64,000 nt of DNA from Minisyncoccia bacterium (GCA_041485465.1 JBGPJO010000004.1:1-64000); one strand, 5' to 3'; shown: positions 1 to 10,096, numbered from the stretch's first letter. The notes: generated by a model not told the origin, from the letters alone. Made by a program: numbers and translations.

Positions 1-52
1 GCGTTTTTTCTTTAATTTTCGCAAAAATATGTTATAGTTTCGCTGTTTTTAC

Positions 53-127
53 GGCCCTATCGTCTAGCCCGGTCCAGGACGCGTCCCTCTCACGGACGAA
101 ACTGGGGTTCAAATCCCCATAGGGTCA
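53..127 (+). tRNA. tRNA-Glu (anticodon CTC)
   Basis: Cloverleaf: acceptor GGCCCTA/TAGGGTC, anticodon arm CGTCC-CT CTC AC-GGACG, T arm TGGGG-TTCAAAT-CCCCA. CCA is not encoded. Confidence 0.95.
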
Positions 128-1100
128 CACGATTACCAATCTGGTAAATTTTCATGTCTTGACTGAAATATGACTATGTTGAGTCGTCGTCTGACGATCA
201 TGACTTTAATGCCGGCGTTCCCGCGCCTACAACGCGAAGCCTCGGGCATAGTATGTCTAGCTACGCTCCTCCAAAAAAAGACTGCTGAGGGCTCAGCAGT
301 CTAATGAGTGATGTCCGGTTTCGTACAAGGCGTCGATGTATCAGCGCATGTTCATCGGGAAATATTTCTTGCCAATCGAGCGAAAACTTCGATCCGTTCT
401 GTCCCGGGAAAGAAGGTGTCCCCAGCAAAGAGCCAAGGCGGCTCCCTATCTTTGATCGAGTCGCACGTGAGTTCAAGATTGGCGTTAGGATTAACTTCGC
501 GAAGCAGATGGCGAAGCATCTTTTCGGCTTGAATATCTTCCACGGTCTTTCTCTCATGCACCCCCAAAACGAGGTGGCTAAGAAGCTGCGGCCTTTTTGG
601 TGTTATATACGCGTTGGTTTTTTCTTTTCGCGCTCTTCGAAAGAGCCAGCGGAATCGCGATGGAATGTCAAGGTTGCTCATGGCACATTCCTCTGTTAGA
701 GCAAAACAAGAACTCTAGCTTCAGCATACACAGAAGGTGCTTTCACGCCAAATTGAGCGATCTTCTAGAACGCACGAGTGGCGATCTACACAGACGCCGT
801 GGCCAGCTGGCACATTTACACATCAGCTACAATTCTCCCGGCAACGATCAAGCTCAGGGGGCATGTTGCCGGCTTTGAAAAATTCGATAAGCTGGTTGAA
901 TAGTCGTGTCAGGGCGGTTCGAGGTCTGTCCCGACACGATTCACCTAATGATTCATTCACACAAGTTTGAATGGTTTTACCAACTTACCCCACAGTTAAA
1001 GTTGGGTTTGAAATGTTGGAATTTGAGACCCTCCGTTTCAAGTCTTTCTAAGGACTTTTCAAACCCCCTAAGGACATTTTGAACCCATGATATCTCAAGT

Positions 1101-1412
1101 ATGGTAAATACACTTATCGGAGTAGTTTTGATAGCAGGCGAGATTTTTCTAGTCGTCGGCTTATGTGTATATGCTTGGATTTTATATACATATGACAAAC
1201 CCATTCAGAAAATCATAAGAAAGCGCGGGGAAGAAATAAATAAAATAAAAACAGGTGCCGCATCAAGAGGAGTTACCACGATCATGTTAGAGAGGCAGAT
1301 CGCAGCCTTGGTCAGAAAAGATGTTGAAAAGCTTGAGAGTTTGAAGACGGCAAGAATGCATCTCATCGAACGAATTAAGATTTTAATTAGTATTATCTCT
1401 CTTCGAAAATAA
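1101..1412 (+). CDS. hypothetical membrane protein
   Basis: 103-aa ORF with an N-terminal hydrophobic helix and a helical/coiled C-terminus; AT-rich. Confidence 0.6.
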   Translation: MVNTLIGVVLIAGEIFLVVGLCVYAWILYTYDKPIQKIIRKRGEEINKIKTGAASRGVTTIMLERQIAALVRKDVEKLESLKTARMHLIERIKILISIISLRK

Positions 1413-1429
1413 GGTTATTATTTAGATAA

Positions 1430-1600
1430 ATGAATCTCGTGAATAAACAGGGAAAAGATATCCTTATTTGGATCGTGTTGGTTGCTATAGTTATAGCGAT
1501 TTATTACCTTGCGTTTAAGTATGGTCCAAGTACACTTTGTCCTCCTGGTACTGAACCATATGAAGAAGGGCGCTATGGCGAGTTTACTGGGTGCCGCTGA
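1430..1600 (+). CDS. small hypothetical membrane protein (56 aa, not in ORF track)
   Basis: Manual translation MNLVNKQGKDILIWIVLVAIVIAIYYLAFKYGPSTLCPPGTEPYEEGRYGEFTGCR; one TM helix and two Cys. Confidence 0.55.
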   Translation: MNLVNKQGKDILIWIVLVAIVIAIYYLAFKYGPSTLCPPGTEPYEEGRYGEFTGCR

Positions 1601-1773
1601 CGATTAGGCTAGCCTTCTCTACTTTCTTTGATGTTTTGCTAGTTTCTTTTAAGCTCTGAGTGAGAAGTTTTAAATTCTGTATCGTTAAGGTCACAAATTG
1701 ACTCCTTTGCTCTATTGAGATAACTTTCCAAGAGAATCAGAGAGAACCCGGGAAAACATGGAGGAGGAATGCG

Positions 1774-2151
1774 ATGGCACGCTCATTTTCCCCAGTCGGA
1801 AAAACCATGCCAATTTCGAAGGAAAGGCTCAAATATAAGCCTTCAATCAGCCCTGTAAATCCGGAAAAGGTCATCATGAGGCGGTGGGCAAAAGAAAATA
1901 CCCGTCGTCCTCATATAAATTGCGGGGGTATACCCCTAGACAGTATTCTGCACGAATGCAACCCAGAATGTGATCCCGACCGCGGTCGCCATTCCTATAC
2001 TGGAAAATTTGATGATCGTGACATACGTGCCGCCGCCGCGGTGGTTCAGTGGATAGCAACCAATTGCGGCCGCAGTTTTTTCCATGAATTCGAAAGGGAA
2101 GTTGAGCGGGCATTCGAGAAGCACCTGCCGAAAAAGCTGAGAGTAGCATAA
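1774..2151 (+). CDS. hypothetical protein (phage-like QWIATNCG motif)
   Basis: 125-aa ORF with strong SD (GGAGGAGG) and a downstream terminator. Confidence 0.7.
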   Translation: MARSFSPVGKTMPISKERLKYKPSISPVNPEKVIMRRWAKENTRRPHINCGGIPLDSILHECNPECDPDRGRHSYTGKFDDRDIRAAAAVVQWIATNCGRSFFHEFEREVERAFEKHLPKKLRVA

Positions 2152-2159
2152 ATAGTTCT

Positions 2160-2195
2160 GACCCGCGACAGTATTCTGTCGCGGGTCTATATTTT
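2160..2195 (+). terminator. intrinsic terminator
   Basis: 12-bp stem GACCCGCGACAG-tatt-CTGTCGCGGGTC followed by an AT/T-rich tail. Confidence 0.75.
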
Positions 2196-2218
2196 TAGGA
2201 TATAGTAAAGTCATATCC

Positions 2219-2743
2219 ATGAAAAAAATCCTCTCATCAAGGTTTTTTAATCGCCCAACGCTTAAAATTTCGCAAGAACTGATAGGAAAATTTCTCGTTC
2301 GGAAAATCGGCAAAAAGAAAATCGAAGGGATGATTACCGAGGTCGAAGCGTATGATGGGCATCGTGACAGGGCTTCCCACGCATCACGGGGAGAAACTCC
2401 AAGAAATTCTGTGATGTTTGGTGGGGCGGGAGTATGGTACATCTACCTCATCTATGGGAACTATTTAATGCTTAATATCGTGACGCATAGGAAAGGATAT
2501 CCTGCGGCAATCCTCATTCGCTCTACTGGTGTTTCAAAGGGCCCAGGCAGACTGACGAGACATTTTAAAATAGATAAATCGCTAAATAAAAAAATAGCCA
2601 ATGAAAAATCGGGTCTTTGGATCGAGGATAGGGGAGTGAAAATAGCAAAATCAAAAATAAAAAGAACGCCGAGAATCGGCGTTGATTATGCCGGCCCCAT
2701 CTGGTCTAAAAAACACTGGCGCTTTGTTTTGAAAACAAAATAG
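2219..2743 (+). CDS. mpg: DNA-3-methyladenine glycosylase (MPG/AAG family)
   Basis: Motifs ITEVEAY, ASHA, YIYLIYG, GPGRLT, PRIGV. Confidence 0.92.
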   Translation: MKKILSSRFFNRPTLKISQELIGKFLVRKIGKKKIEGMITEVEAYDGHRDRASHASRGETPRNSVMFGGAGVWYIYLIYGNYLMLNIVTHRKGYPAAILIRSTGVSKGPGRLTRHFKIDKSLNKKIANEKSGLWIEDRGVKIAKSKIKRTPRIGVDYAGPIWSKKHWRFVLKTK

Positions 2744-2755
2744 CGGAGACCCTTA

Positions 2756-3262
2756 TCAGGATCTCCGCTGTATATCGAATTCAAACTGTCGAGAGTCTTC
2801 GCGGCGCTTTGCGGCCCTCTTTTTTGAGGCCTTTCCGCCCTTTTGAGCGATAAGACCTCTGATATTGAGAACCCGTTCATCGGATAGCCACGCCGCGGAT
2901 TTTACGTAACCTTCGAGAACATCGAGCGGATTACGTTTTTCGTTGCCCGCTTTTCCTTTACGACTCGCTTTCCTCAATACCTTTCGAGCGATTTCATCAT
3001 CCGTGATGGAGCTTTCATTTGCTCCTTCTGGACTGATGATTGCAACAACTGCCATCTCCCATGCCCTCAAGAAATATTCTCGAGGTACATAAAGGGAGCG
3101 TTTCATCCGGGCCGAACCAATATCCTCGACAGACACCATGCGGATATCTTTGCGGGGATTACCGGAACGACCAACATACCCAAAGGTCATGACGATGCCG
3201 TCGGAGTTGTAAACCTGGATTCGCGCTTCGCGACGCTCTTGATCAACTTCGAGTAATTCCAC
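2756..3262 (-). CDS. hypothetical protein
   Basis: 168-aa ORF with GGAGGG SD and a consensus promoter upstream. Confidence 0.7.
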   Translation of the reverse strand: MELLEVDQERREARIQVYNSDGIVMTFGYVGRSGNPRKDIRMVSVEDIGSARMKRSLYVPREYFLRAWEMAVVAIISPEGANESSITDDEIARKVLRKASRKGKAGNEKRNPLDVLEGYVKSAAWLSDERVLNIRGLIAQKGGKASKKRAAKRREDSRQFEFDIQRRS

Positions 3263-3284
3263 GAGCCCCTCCGCTAAAAAATTG

Positions 3285-3330
3285 AAAGGAACTTTCCTTA
3301 ATTATACTATAGAAAAGACCTGTTTGTCAA
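3285..3330 (-). promoter_or_regulatory. sigma70 promoter with palindrome at the start site
   Basis: Minus strand TTGACA-18 nt-TATAAT, then T-AAGGA-AAGT-TCCTT. Confidence 0.75.
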
Positions 3331-3331
3331 G

Positions 3332-3781
3332 CTAAGCAAACAAGCTATCCACGACCTCCTTAACATTCGCGCCATCCGCCTGTCCTTTAAGTTCTTTCAT
3401 AAGAGCCGCCATAAAAAGGCCCATTTTTGATTTATCGTTTGTGCCAAGCTTTTCTTTAAGCTCCAATGCCTTTTTGAGAATATCGTCTTTATTCATCATC
3501 GCCGGCAGATAGGCTTCAAGTATTTTAAGTTCGACTTCTTCTTTCGAAGCCAAATCTTCACGATTGCCTTTCTTGAATTGCTCGATTGAATCTTTTCTCT
3601 GCTTCACGCCGCGGCGTATAACGGAAAGAGCTTCCTCATCGGAGAGTTTTTCATCAGGCTTTCGTCCTTTGGCAACCGCTTCGTTCGTGAATCCCGCAAT
3701 CAGCCCACGGAGCACCGATAAACGGATAGTGTCTTTTGCTTTCATCGCCCCTGTCAGTTCAGCTCGAATTTTGTCTTGCAT
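3332..3781 (-). CDS. GatB/YqeY domain protein
   Basis: AMKAKD...KQRKDSIEQFKKGNREDLA...YLP pattern; start placed at the ATG at 3781. Confidence 0.9.
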   Translation of the reverse strand: MQDKIRAELTGAMKAKDTIRLSVLRGLIAGFTNEAVAKGRKPDEKLSDEEALSVIRRGVKQRKDSIEQFKKGNREDLASKEEVELKILEAYLPAMMNKDDILKKALELKEKLGTNDKSKMGLFMAALMKELKGQADGANVKEVVDSLFA

Positions 3782-3819
3782 AGGACTCCATAGTAGCAAA
3801 AAAATGTTAAAATACGAGC

Positions 3820-4887
3820 ATGTCAGGGACTGAAATAATAATTCTCTTGGGGTTCCTCGTGCTTCTTGCCTCAAACGGTATTTTCTTTTGGGTACTTTCC
3901 CGCCGTCCAAAAAATACCGAGGAAAAATCGGATGAAACCGGTTTTAAGCTGATACTTCAGCAGGTAAACGAACTCTCACGGACGGTAGACCAAAAAATCA
4001 CCGAGAGCGCTCGGCAGATGAATGAATCGGTAAAGACCCAGTTCAGCGAATCTTCAAAACTTATCCGTGATGTCACCCAAGGATTGACCAAGCTTGATGA
4101 GACTAATCGCCAAGTGATATCGTTTGCCGATCAGCTTCAGAATCTTCAGGACATTTTTAAAAATCCGAAACAGCGCGGGGTTGTCGGTGAATATTATCTT
4201 GAAACACTCCTCAAAAATGTCCTGCCGCCCGGATCGTTTCAAATGCAGTATGCTTTTAAAGACGGGACAATAGTTGATGCGGCGGTTTTCGTCAAAGACA
4301 AAATCATTCCGGTTGATTCGAAGTTCTCGCTCGAAAATTATAATCGCATTATCGAGGCGAAAGACCCAACAGAGCGCGAGCGGCTCGAGAAAATATTCGT
4401 CAATGACCTAAAACAGCGCATTATCGAGACTTCAAAATATATTCAACCGAAAGAGGGGACAATGGATTTTGCCTTCATGTTCATTCCGCATGAGGCGATT
4501 TACTACGATCTTCTTATAAATAAAATCGGCGTGATCACCGAAGACACCGAAAATTTTATCCAACGCGCGGCAGGGAAGTACCGGGTGATCATCGTTAGCC
4601 CAACCTCATTCCTCGCCTATCTCCAAACCGTGCTTCAGGGGCTTAAGGCCATGCAAATTGAGGAATCGGTTAAAGAGATTATAAAGAACGTCGGGGGCTT
4701 GCAAAAGCACCTTAAAACCTATGAGGAATACCACGGCAAGCTCGGAAACGCCTTGGGTACGGCGGTGAATCACTACAATGCCTCAGGTAAGGAATTTAAG
4801 AAGATAGACAAGGATGTGCTCCGTATAAGCGGGGAGAGCATGGAAATCGAGAGCTTAGCCTTTGAGGGGCCAGAGGAAGCCGAATAG
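3820..4887 (+). CDS. rmuC: DNA recombination protein RmuC
   Basis: N-terminal TM plus coiled coil; NPKQRGVVGE, VDSKF, DFAFMFIPHE, IVSPT motifs. Confidence 0.93.
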   Translation: MSGTEIIILLGFLVLLASNGIFFWVLSRRPKNTEEKSDETGFKLILQQVNELSRTVDQKITESARQMNESVKTQFSESSKLIRDVTQGLTKLDETNRQVISFADQLQNLQDIFKNPKQRGVVGEYYLETLLKNVLPPGSFQMQYAFKDGTIVDAAVFVKDKIIPVDSKFSLENYNRIIEAKDPTERERLEKIFVNDLKQRIIETSKYIQPKEGTMDFAFMFIPHEAIYYDLLINKIGVITEDTENFIQRAAGKYRVIIVSPTSFLAYLQTVLQGLKAMQIEESVKEIIKNVGGLQKHLKTYEEYHGKLGNALGTAVNHYNASGKEFKKIDKDVLRISGESMEIESLAFEGPEEAE

Positions 4888-4935
4888 GCTCATTTCTCTT
4901 GCCTTTTTGGGCTTTTTAAGTAGAATAGGGAACCT

Positions 4936-5256
4936 ATGCAGGAATTCGCTGTAATACAGACGGGTGGCAAGCAATACAAGGTCTCCGTGGGAGATGTTGT
5001 TTCCATTGAAAAAATAAAGGGGGAACACAAGGTTGGGGACTCGCTCACCTTTGATAAAGTTCTCATGGTAGACAACGGCAAAGACACGACAATTGGCACG
5101 CCCTATATAGAGAGCAGCAAAGTCACCGGAAAACTTAAAGAAATGGGACGGGGAAAGAAAATCGAGGTTATCAAATACAAGGCGAAGAGCCGCTATTTCA
5201 AAAACAGAGGACATCGGCAGCCCTATTTCAAGATAGAGATCACCGGGCTCAAATAA
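4936..5256 (+). CDS. rplU: 50S ribosomal protein L21
   Basis: FAVIQTGGKQYKV ... GHRQPY. Confidence 0.97.
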   Translation: MQEFAVIQTGGKQYKVSVGDVVSIEKIKGEHKVGDSLTFDKVLMVDNGKDTTIGTPYIESSKVTGKLKEMGRGKKIEVIKYKAKSRYFKNRGHRQPYFKIEITGLK

Positions 5257-5262
5257 AAATCC

Positions 5263-5283
5263 GCCCTTCGACAAGCTCGGGGC
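5263..5283 (+). repeat. REP-like stem-loop (copy 1)
   Basis: GCCC-TTCGACAAGCTC-GGGGC; the core recurs at 13538 and 38939. Confidence 0.55.
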
Positions 5284-5364
5284 AAATTTTTTATTTACCC
5301 TGCGACACTCTTGATTTCGTATAGGAAAGGCCTACACTTGAGTGGGAAGTCGTGGGAGGTTTAT

Positions 5365-5508
5365 ATGACAGCTATGACAGCTGGAACCTTTACTCACAAA
5401 AGATGGCATGTCCCTGACATCGTAAGGAGACACCCGGCGATTTTTTTGGGGTTGCTCTCGGCACCATTCTTAACACCCATGGTAATCATCTGGTTTGTTT
5501 CTCGTTGA
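5365..5508 (+). CDS. small hypothetical membrane protein
   Basis: GGGAGG SD before the ATG at 5365, C-terminal TM helix, followed by a hairpin. Confidence 0.5.
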   Translation: MTAMTAGTFTHKRWHVPDIVRRHPAIFLGLLSAPFLTPMVIIWFVSR

Positions 5509-5512
5509 TTTT

Positions 5513-5545
5513 GAGCCCCGTCGCATATCTGCGGCGGGCTCTTTT
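5513..5545. terminator. terminator hairpin between convergent genes
   Basis: GAGCCC(C)GTCGCA-tatc-TGCGGCGGGCTC plus T tract. Confidence 0.65.
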
Positions 5546-6162
5546 TAAAACCTGTTTTTAAAAGCGCTTTTCAGTGTGTCACTATCGGCATATTCAAGCT
5601 CGGAACCGGTCGAAAGACCCCTTCCCAAATGGGTAATTTTAAGATCATGCTTTTCGAGAAGTGGGCGGATCGTTTCCTCGACAACATGAGCGGTATTTTC
5701 TCCTTCGGCATTTATGGAAAAAGCGATAATAATTTCCTTGAGGCCGTTTTTTGTTGCCTCTTCTTTCACCCGTAAAATTAATTCCTTAAGGCGCACTTTG
5801 TCTTCCGGCTTTTTCTCAAGAATCGAAATCGCCCCCCCCATCACGAAATACATGCCGGGGTAGGCATGACTTTTCTCGACATTTTCGAAATCAACGTCTT
5901 TTTCAACAAGAAGAAGGGTGGCATGGTCACGATTCGGATCGGCGCAGACAGAACAGAGAGCAAGCGTCCCTTTTTTCGCGAAAAATCTGAAACACAGAGG
6001 GCAAATGCGAATCTCTTTTTTAATATCAAGAATAAGATTGGAGAGTTCTTCAAGGTACACGCGGTTTCGGGAAAGAAGAAAATAGACGAAACGCTTACTT
6101 TGACGGGAACCGATACCCGGAAAATCCCGAAAAAGTTCGGTTAGTTTTTCTATCGCATTCAT
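5545..6162 (-). CDS. recR: recombination mediator RecR
   Basis: HhH (FPGIG), C4 zinc finger, Toprim domain, ELEYAD. Confidence 0.95.
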   Translation of the reverse strand: MNAIEKLTELFRDFPGIGSRQSKRFVYFLLSRNRVYLEELSNLILDIKKEIRICPLCFRFFAKKGTLALCSVCADPNRDHATLLLVEKDVDFENVEKSHAYPGMYFVMGGAISILEKKPEDKVRLKELILRVKEEATKNGLKEIIIAFSINAEGENTAHVVEETIRPLLEKHDLKITHLGRGLSTGSELEYADSDTLKSAFKNRF

Positions 6163-6165
6163 AGT

Positions 6166-7560
6166 TTAGAGATCTTCGGGGGCAAAATCGCCGAGATTGG
6201 TTTTATCAATTGAAAGGAAGGTTGCTTTTTTATCGTCAAAATAAAGTTTTGTGAAGCCCGTGGGCCCGTTCCTGTGTTTTTCGATAAGAATTTCAACGAT
6301 GTTTGTTTTGTTTGGGTCGGCACCTTCTTTGTTTCGGTCTTCACGGTGAAGAAACATCACCACGTCCGCATCCTGCTCGATTGAGCCGGAATCACGAAGG
6401 TCAGAGAGCCGCGGCTTTCCGCCACGCTGTTCAACGGCGCGTGAGAGCTGAGAGAGGGCAATGACCGGTAGATCAAGCTCACGGGCAAGATGTTTGAGAG
6501 AACGGGAAAGCTCAGTCACTTGCTGAACGGCAGAATCGGAATTTCTGGTATTAATCGGCGTCATAAGCTGAAGATAATCAACGACGATAAGCCCCAAGCC
6601 CCGCTCGCGTTTTAAACGACGCGCGACCGAGCGCATTTTTAAAATGTTATTACCCGGCTGGTCATCGATAAAAATTGGAGCCTTAGCGAGCCGGTCAAGC
6701 GAATCGCGAATACGATCAAAGTCGGCATCAAGAGAGAGCCTTCCGGTGCGAAGCTGCCAGGCATCGACTCTCGACTCCGCCGCGATCATGCGGTCGACGA
6801 GTTGCTGGCCGCTCATTTCAAGAGAAAAAACAGCAACGGGCGTACCATACAAGGTTGAAGTCTGGCGCGCAATATCAAGCGCAAGAGCGGTTTTACCCAT
6901 TGAAGGCCGTGCAGCGAGAATGATCAGGTCGGACTTCTGAAAGCCGGCGAGCCGGTCGTCAATCTCCCTGAAACCGCTCCTGACACCCCTGATCTCATCC
7001 TTCGCGTGATGGAGATGTTCAATCCTGTCCCAGGCTTCGCCGAGCATTTCTTTGAGCTCGGAATAATTACCCCTCGATCCTGAGACGCTCGTCAGATCGT
7101 AGAGATGGTGTTCGGCTTTGTCGAGTAGTTGCTCAAGCTCCTCCGCCTCACTGTATCCAAGCTCGCTAATGTGCCCAGCCGCTTCAATCAGGCGGCGCAT
7201 CATGAACTTGCGGTGGATAAGATCGGCGTAGTGGCGGGCATTCGAGGCCGAGGGTGTCGCGTTCACCAGTTCGGTTAAATATGATGCGCCGCCAATTTGT
7301 TCTATCTGTCCTTTTTCTTTAAGTTTCGAAGAAAGTGAGAGAAGATCGATCGGCTCATTCCTCGAAAAAAGCTCAAGCATCGATCGGTAGATGATGGCGT
7401 GCTTTTCAGCATAAAAACTTTCAGGTTTGACAATGTCGAAAACCTCATGAAGTGTCTCGGGACGAAGCATGATTGCTCCTAAGAGCGCCTTTTCGGAATC
7501 AAGATTTTGCGGCGGAACGCGAATATTGGAGTAGGGACTTTTGAGGGGAGTTTTCGCCAT
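6166..7560 (-). CDS. dnaB: replicative DNA helicase
   Basis: PPQN, ARPSMGKT (Walker A), VDYLQL, SQLSR, LRDSGSIEQDAD, KHRNGPTG. Confidence 0.98.
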   Translation of the reverse strand: MAKTPLKSPYSNIRVPPQNLDSEKALLGAIMLRPETLHEVFDIVKPESFYAEKHAIIYRSMLELFSRNEPIDLLSLSSKLKEKGQIEQIGGASYLTELVNATPSASNARHYADLIHRKFMMRRLIEAAGHISELGYSEAEELEQLLDKAEHHLYDLTSVSGSRGNYSELKEMLGEAWDRIEHLHHAKDEIRGVRSGFREIDDRLAGFQKSDLIILAARPSMGKTALALDIARQTSTLYGTPVAVFSLEMSGQQLVDRMIAAESRVDAWQLRTGRLSLDADFDRIRDSLDRLAKAPIFIDDQPGNNILKMRSVARRLKRERGLGLIVVDYLQLMTPINTRNSDSAVQQVTELSRSLKHLARELDLPVIALSQLSRAVEQRGGKPRLSDLRDSGSIEQDADVVMFLHREDRNKEGADPNKTNIVEILIEKHRNGPTGFTKLYFDDKKATFLSIDKTNLGDFAPEDL

Positions 7561-7648
7561 ACCATCCCATTCTATCACTCTCTTCTAAAACTGCTCAAAT
7601 CAAATTTTCTGAATAGCGTGTTCCTAAAATGTGGAAACCGGGAAGGCC

Positions 7649-9043
7649 TTACCGGGGAAGGATCTTTTGGCCTTCGGGGGTGTCCTCAACGGCAAATCCA
7701 AGCTTGTTGATCTCTCTCCTAAGTTCGTCCGAGCGTTTAAAATCCCTATTTTGGCGGGCCTGTTCGCGTTCCGCTGCCAAGTTCTTGACCGGAATAGGGA
7801 CATCTTCCAGTTTCTTAGAAAACTGTTCGCTTTGCCTTAAAAGATCAAATCCAAGTACCTTATCAAACTGAAGCAGGGTTGCTTTTTTATCGGCGCTTGA
7901 AACCTCCGTATCCTTTAAAAGCTCCCAAATAAGCGCTACTGCCTTTGGGGTATTTAAATCATCTTCCATGTATTTCTCAAACAGCTCTTTGTACCTTGAG
8001 GAGGCGGTGCCCTTCTCTCCGAGATTGAGGAAATGATTAAGGAGCTTCAGATAGGCGTTTTGACTTGCTTCGAGTGCTTCCCATGAAAAAGTAAGCGGTG
8101 TGCGATACTTGGCACTTAAAAGAAAATACCTATACGAGAGGGGCGAGAAGCCTTTATCGGTAATCGTTTGAAGCCTAATAAAATTTCCCGCTGACTTCGC
8201 CATTTTATCTCCCTCAATTGTTACAAAAGCGCTGTGAAGCCAAAAGTGGGCGAGCGGCTTTCCTGTTGCCGATTCGGACTGGGCAATTTCGTCATTATGG
8301 TGAATCGGTATGTGGTCGGTGCCACCGGTATGAATATCAAATGTTTCCCCCAGAAGCTTCATCGACATGGCAGAGCACTCAATGTGCCAGCCGGGGAATC
8401 CCACTCCCCACGGAGAATTCCACTCTTGCTGACGTTTCTCACCTTTTGGAGAAAATTTCCAAAGAGCGAAGTCCGTTCCATTCCGCTTTTCCGGATTCTT
8501 TTCAACCCGAGCGCCTTCTTTCAGTCCCGCCGTGTCAATGTCGCCGAGCTTTCCGTATCCGGCAAAAGTTGTAGTATCAAAATAAACTCCGTCTGATGTT
8601 ATATAGGTGTGTCCTCCTTTTTCAAGTCTTTTAATGAGCGCTATCTGCTCTTCTATGTAGTCGGTTGCCTTCGGAAAGCGCGTGCCGATCGTATTAATGT
8701 TGAGAGAAGAGAGATCGTTGAAAAAAGCTTCCGCGTAAAAATCCGTTATTTCCCGAACCGTCTTTTTTTCGCGTCTTGCGCCTTTTTCGATTTTATCCTC
8801 GCCCTCGTCTCTGTCTGAAGTAAGGTGTCCGACATCGGTAATGTTAATAACCTGCTTTACGGCATATCCCTCGTACTCAAACGTCCTTCGCAGAACATCG
8901 GCAAAAACATAGGGGCGCAGATTTCCGATGTGGGCATAATCATAGACGGTCGGACCGCAGTGATACATTTTGACCGTCCCTTTTTCAAGCGGCAGAAAAG
9001 GCTCTTCTTTACGTGAGAGAGTGTTAAAAAGAGTAAGCGCCAT
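7649..9043 (-). CDS. cysS: cysteine--tRNA ligase
   Basis: CGPTVY, HIGN, PGWHIECSAM, KMAKS. Confidence 0.98.
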   Translation of the reverse strand: MALTLFNTLSRKEEPFLPLEKGTVKMYHCGPTVYDYAHIGNLRPYVFADVLRRTFEYEGYAVKQVINITDVGHLTSDRDEGEDKIEKGARREKKTVREITDFYAEAFFNDLSSLNINTIGTRFPKATDYIEEQIALIKRLEKGGHTYITSDGVYFDTTTFAGYGKLGDIDTAGLKEGARVEKNPEKRNGTDFALWKFSPKGEKRQQEWNSPWGVGFPGWHIECSAMSMKLLGETFDIHTGGTDHIPIHHNDEIAQSESATGKPLAHFWLHSAFVTIEGDKMAKSAGNFIRLQTITDKGFSPLSYRYFLLSAKYRTPLTFSWEALEASQNAYLKLLNHFLNLGEKGTASSRYKELFEKYMEDDLNTPKAVALIWELLKDTEVSSADKKATLLQFDKVLGFDLLRQSEQFSKKLEDVPIPVKNLAAEREQARQNRDFKRSDELRREINKLGFAVEDTPEGQKILPR

Positions 9044-9081
9044 GAATATCAGGCTATAAGGTTTAACTTAAAAAAGCAAAA

Positions 9082-9996
9082 TTAAAGCCAGCGTCTTGAT
9101 TTAAAGAATGCATAAACGACAATACCGCAGAGCAGCATAATACCAAGGACTATATAAAAACCCCTCGGGTCGGAGAGGAAGGGAATGAAGGGAGTACTCA
9201 AGCCGAAAATTGAAGCAACGAGGGACATCGGAAGAATCACGAAAGAGATAATCGCAAGAACCCGCATCGTCTCGTTTTGCTTGGTCGAAAGAAGGGAATT
9301 ATTGGTCTCGCGCAGTTCATTCAAAAACTCGAGATTGCCGGCAATCATCTCGGCCGTTCGGTAATACGCGCCGATGATGTCTTTAGCGTGATACGAAAAA
9401 TCTTCACCGAAGAAACGCCGTGCGGCGACGGAAAAGGATTCGAGTACTTCCCGGTGCGAGGTGAGCGCGTGTTTAAAATGAAGAAGCTCGCGGGAAATTT
9501 TTGAAATCTCAAGAACCATCGCCCGCTCGTTTCCGGAAAAAACACGGGACTCGATTGCTCGGAGGGTGTCCGACATGAAATCGAGTTCGTGGGCAACCGA
9601 CTTGTAAAGCTTCCTGATCATATAGAAAAAAATGAAGCCGGCATGTTCCCCGATATCGCTTCTATCCAAAATCGAATTAACTTCGAAAACTTTGGAGAAC
9701 TTATGGAGCGGGTCAATGGTATCGTAGCGTGTCGTGATCAAAAACTTTTTACCGATGACAAAATCGATTTCCTGCTCCATCTTTTCGGCATGAGTATGCT
9801 GAAAAGCCGGAAAATGAAGAATTAAATAAATATAGTTTGGGTAAAGATCGACTTTGGGCTTCGAAGAGGGGAAGATGAGTTCTTCGCCGACAAGCGGATT
9901 GATGCCATATTCTTCAATAACTCCACGCACTTCCTCGCGCGTCGGATTTTCAATATCGATCCAGATGAGACCGTTATGCTCCTGAGTCTTGATCAT
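9082..9996 (-). CDS. corA: CorA-family Mg2+/Co2+ transporter
   Basis: WIDIENP N-terminus and two C-terminal TMs; the canonical GMN is replaced by GLS. Confidence 0.85.
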   Translation of the reverse strand: MIKTQEHNGLIWIDIENPTREEVRGVIEEYGINPLVGEELIFPSSKPKVDLYPNYIYLILHFPAFQHTHAEKMEQEIDFVIGKKFLITTRYDTIDPLHKFSKVFEVNSILDRSDIGEHAGFIFFYMIRKLYKSVAHELDFMSDTLRAIESRVFSGNERAMVLEISKISRELLHFKHALTSHREVLESFSVAARRFFGEDFSYHAKDIIGAYYRTAEMIAGNLEFLNELRETNNSLLSTKQNETMRVLAIISFVILPMSLVASIFGLSTPFIPFLSDPRGFYIVLGIMLLCGIVVYAFFKSRRWL

Positions 9997-10096
9997 TTAA
10001 ATTCAATTATACGGGGACGGATAATTGACCACAAGGGAGCATCTTGTCATAATGGTCGGGTTGTCTTTATCTTATTGTCTTATTGAATCTGAACTC

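Noticed and set aside
352-681. FPGTERIEVFAR resembling the C-terminus of an MT-A70 methyltransferase
   Set aside because: No DPPW or other family motifs in the expected arrangement, so the similarity is likely chance.
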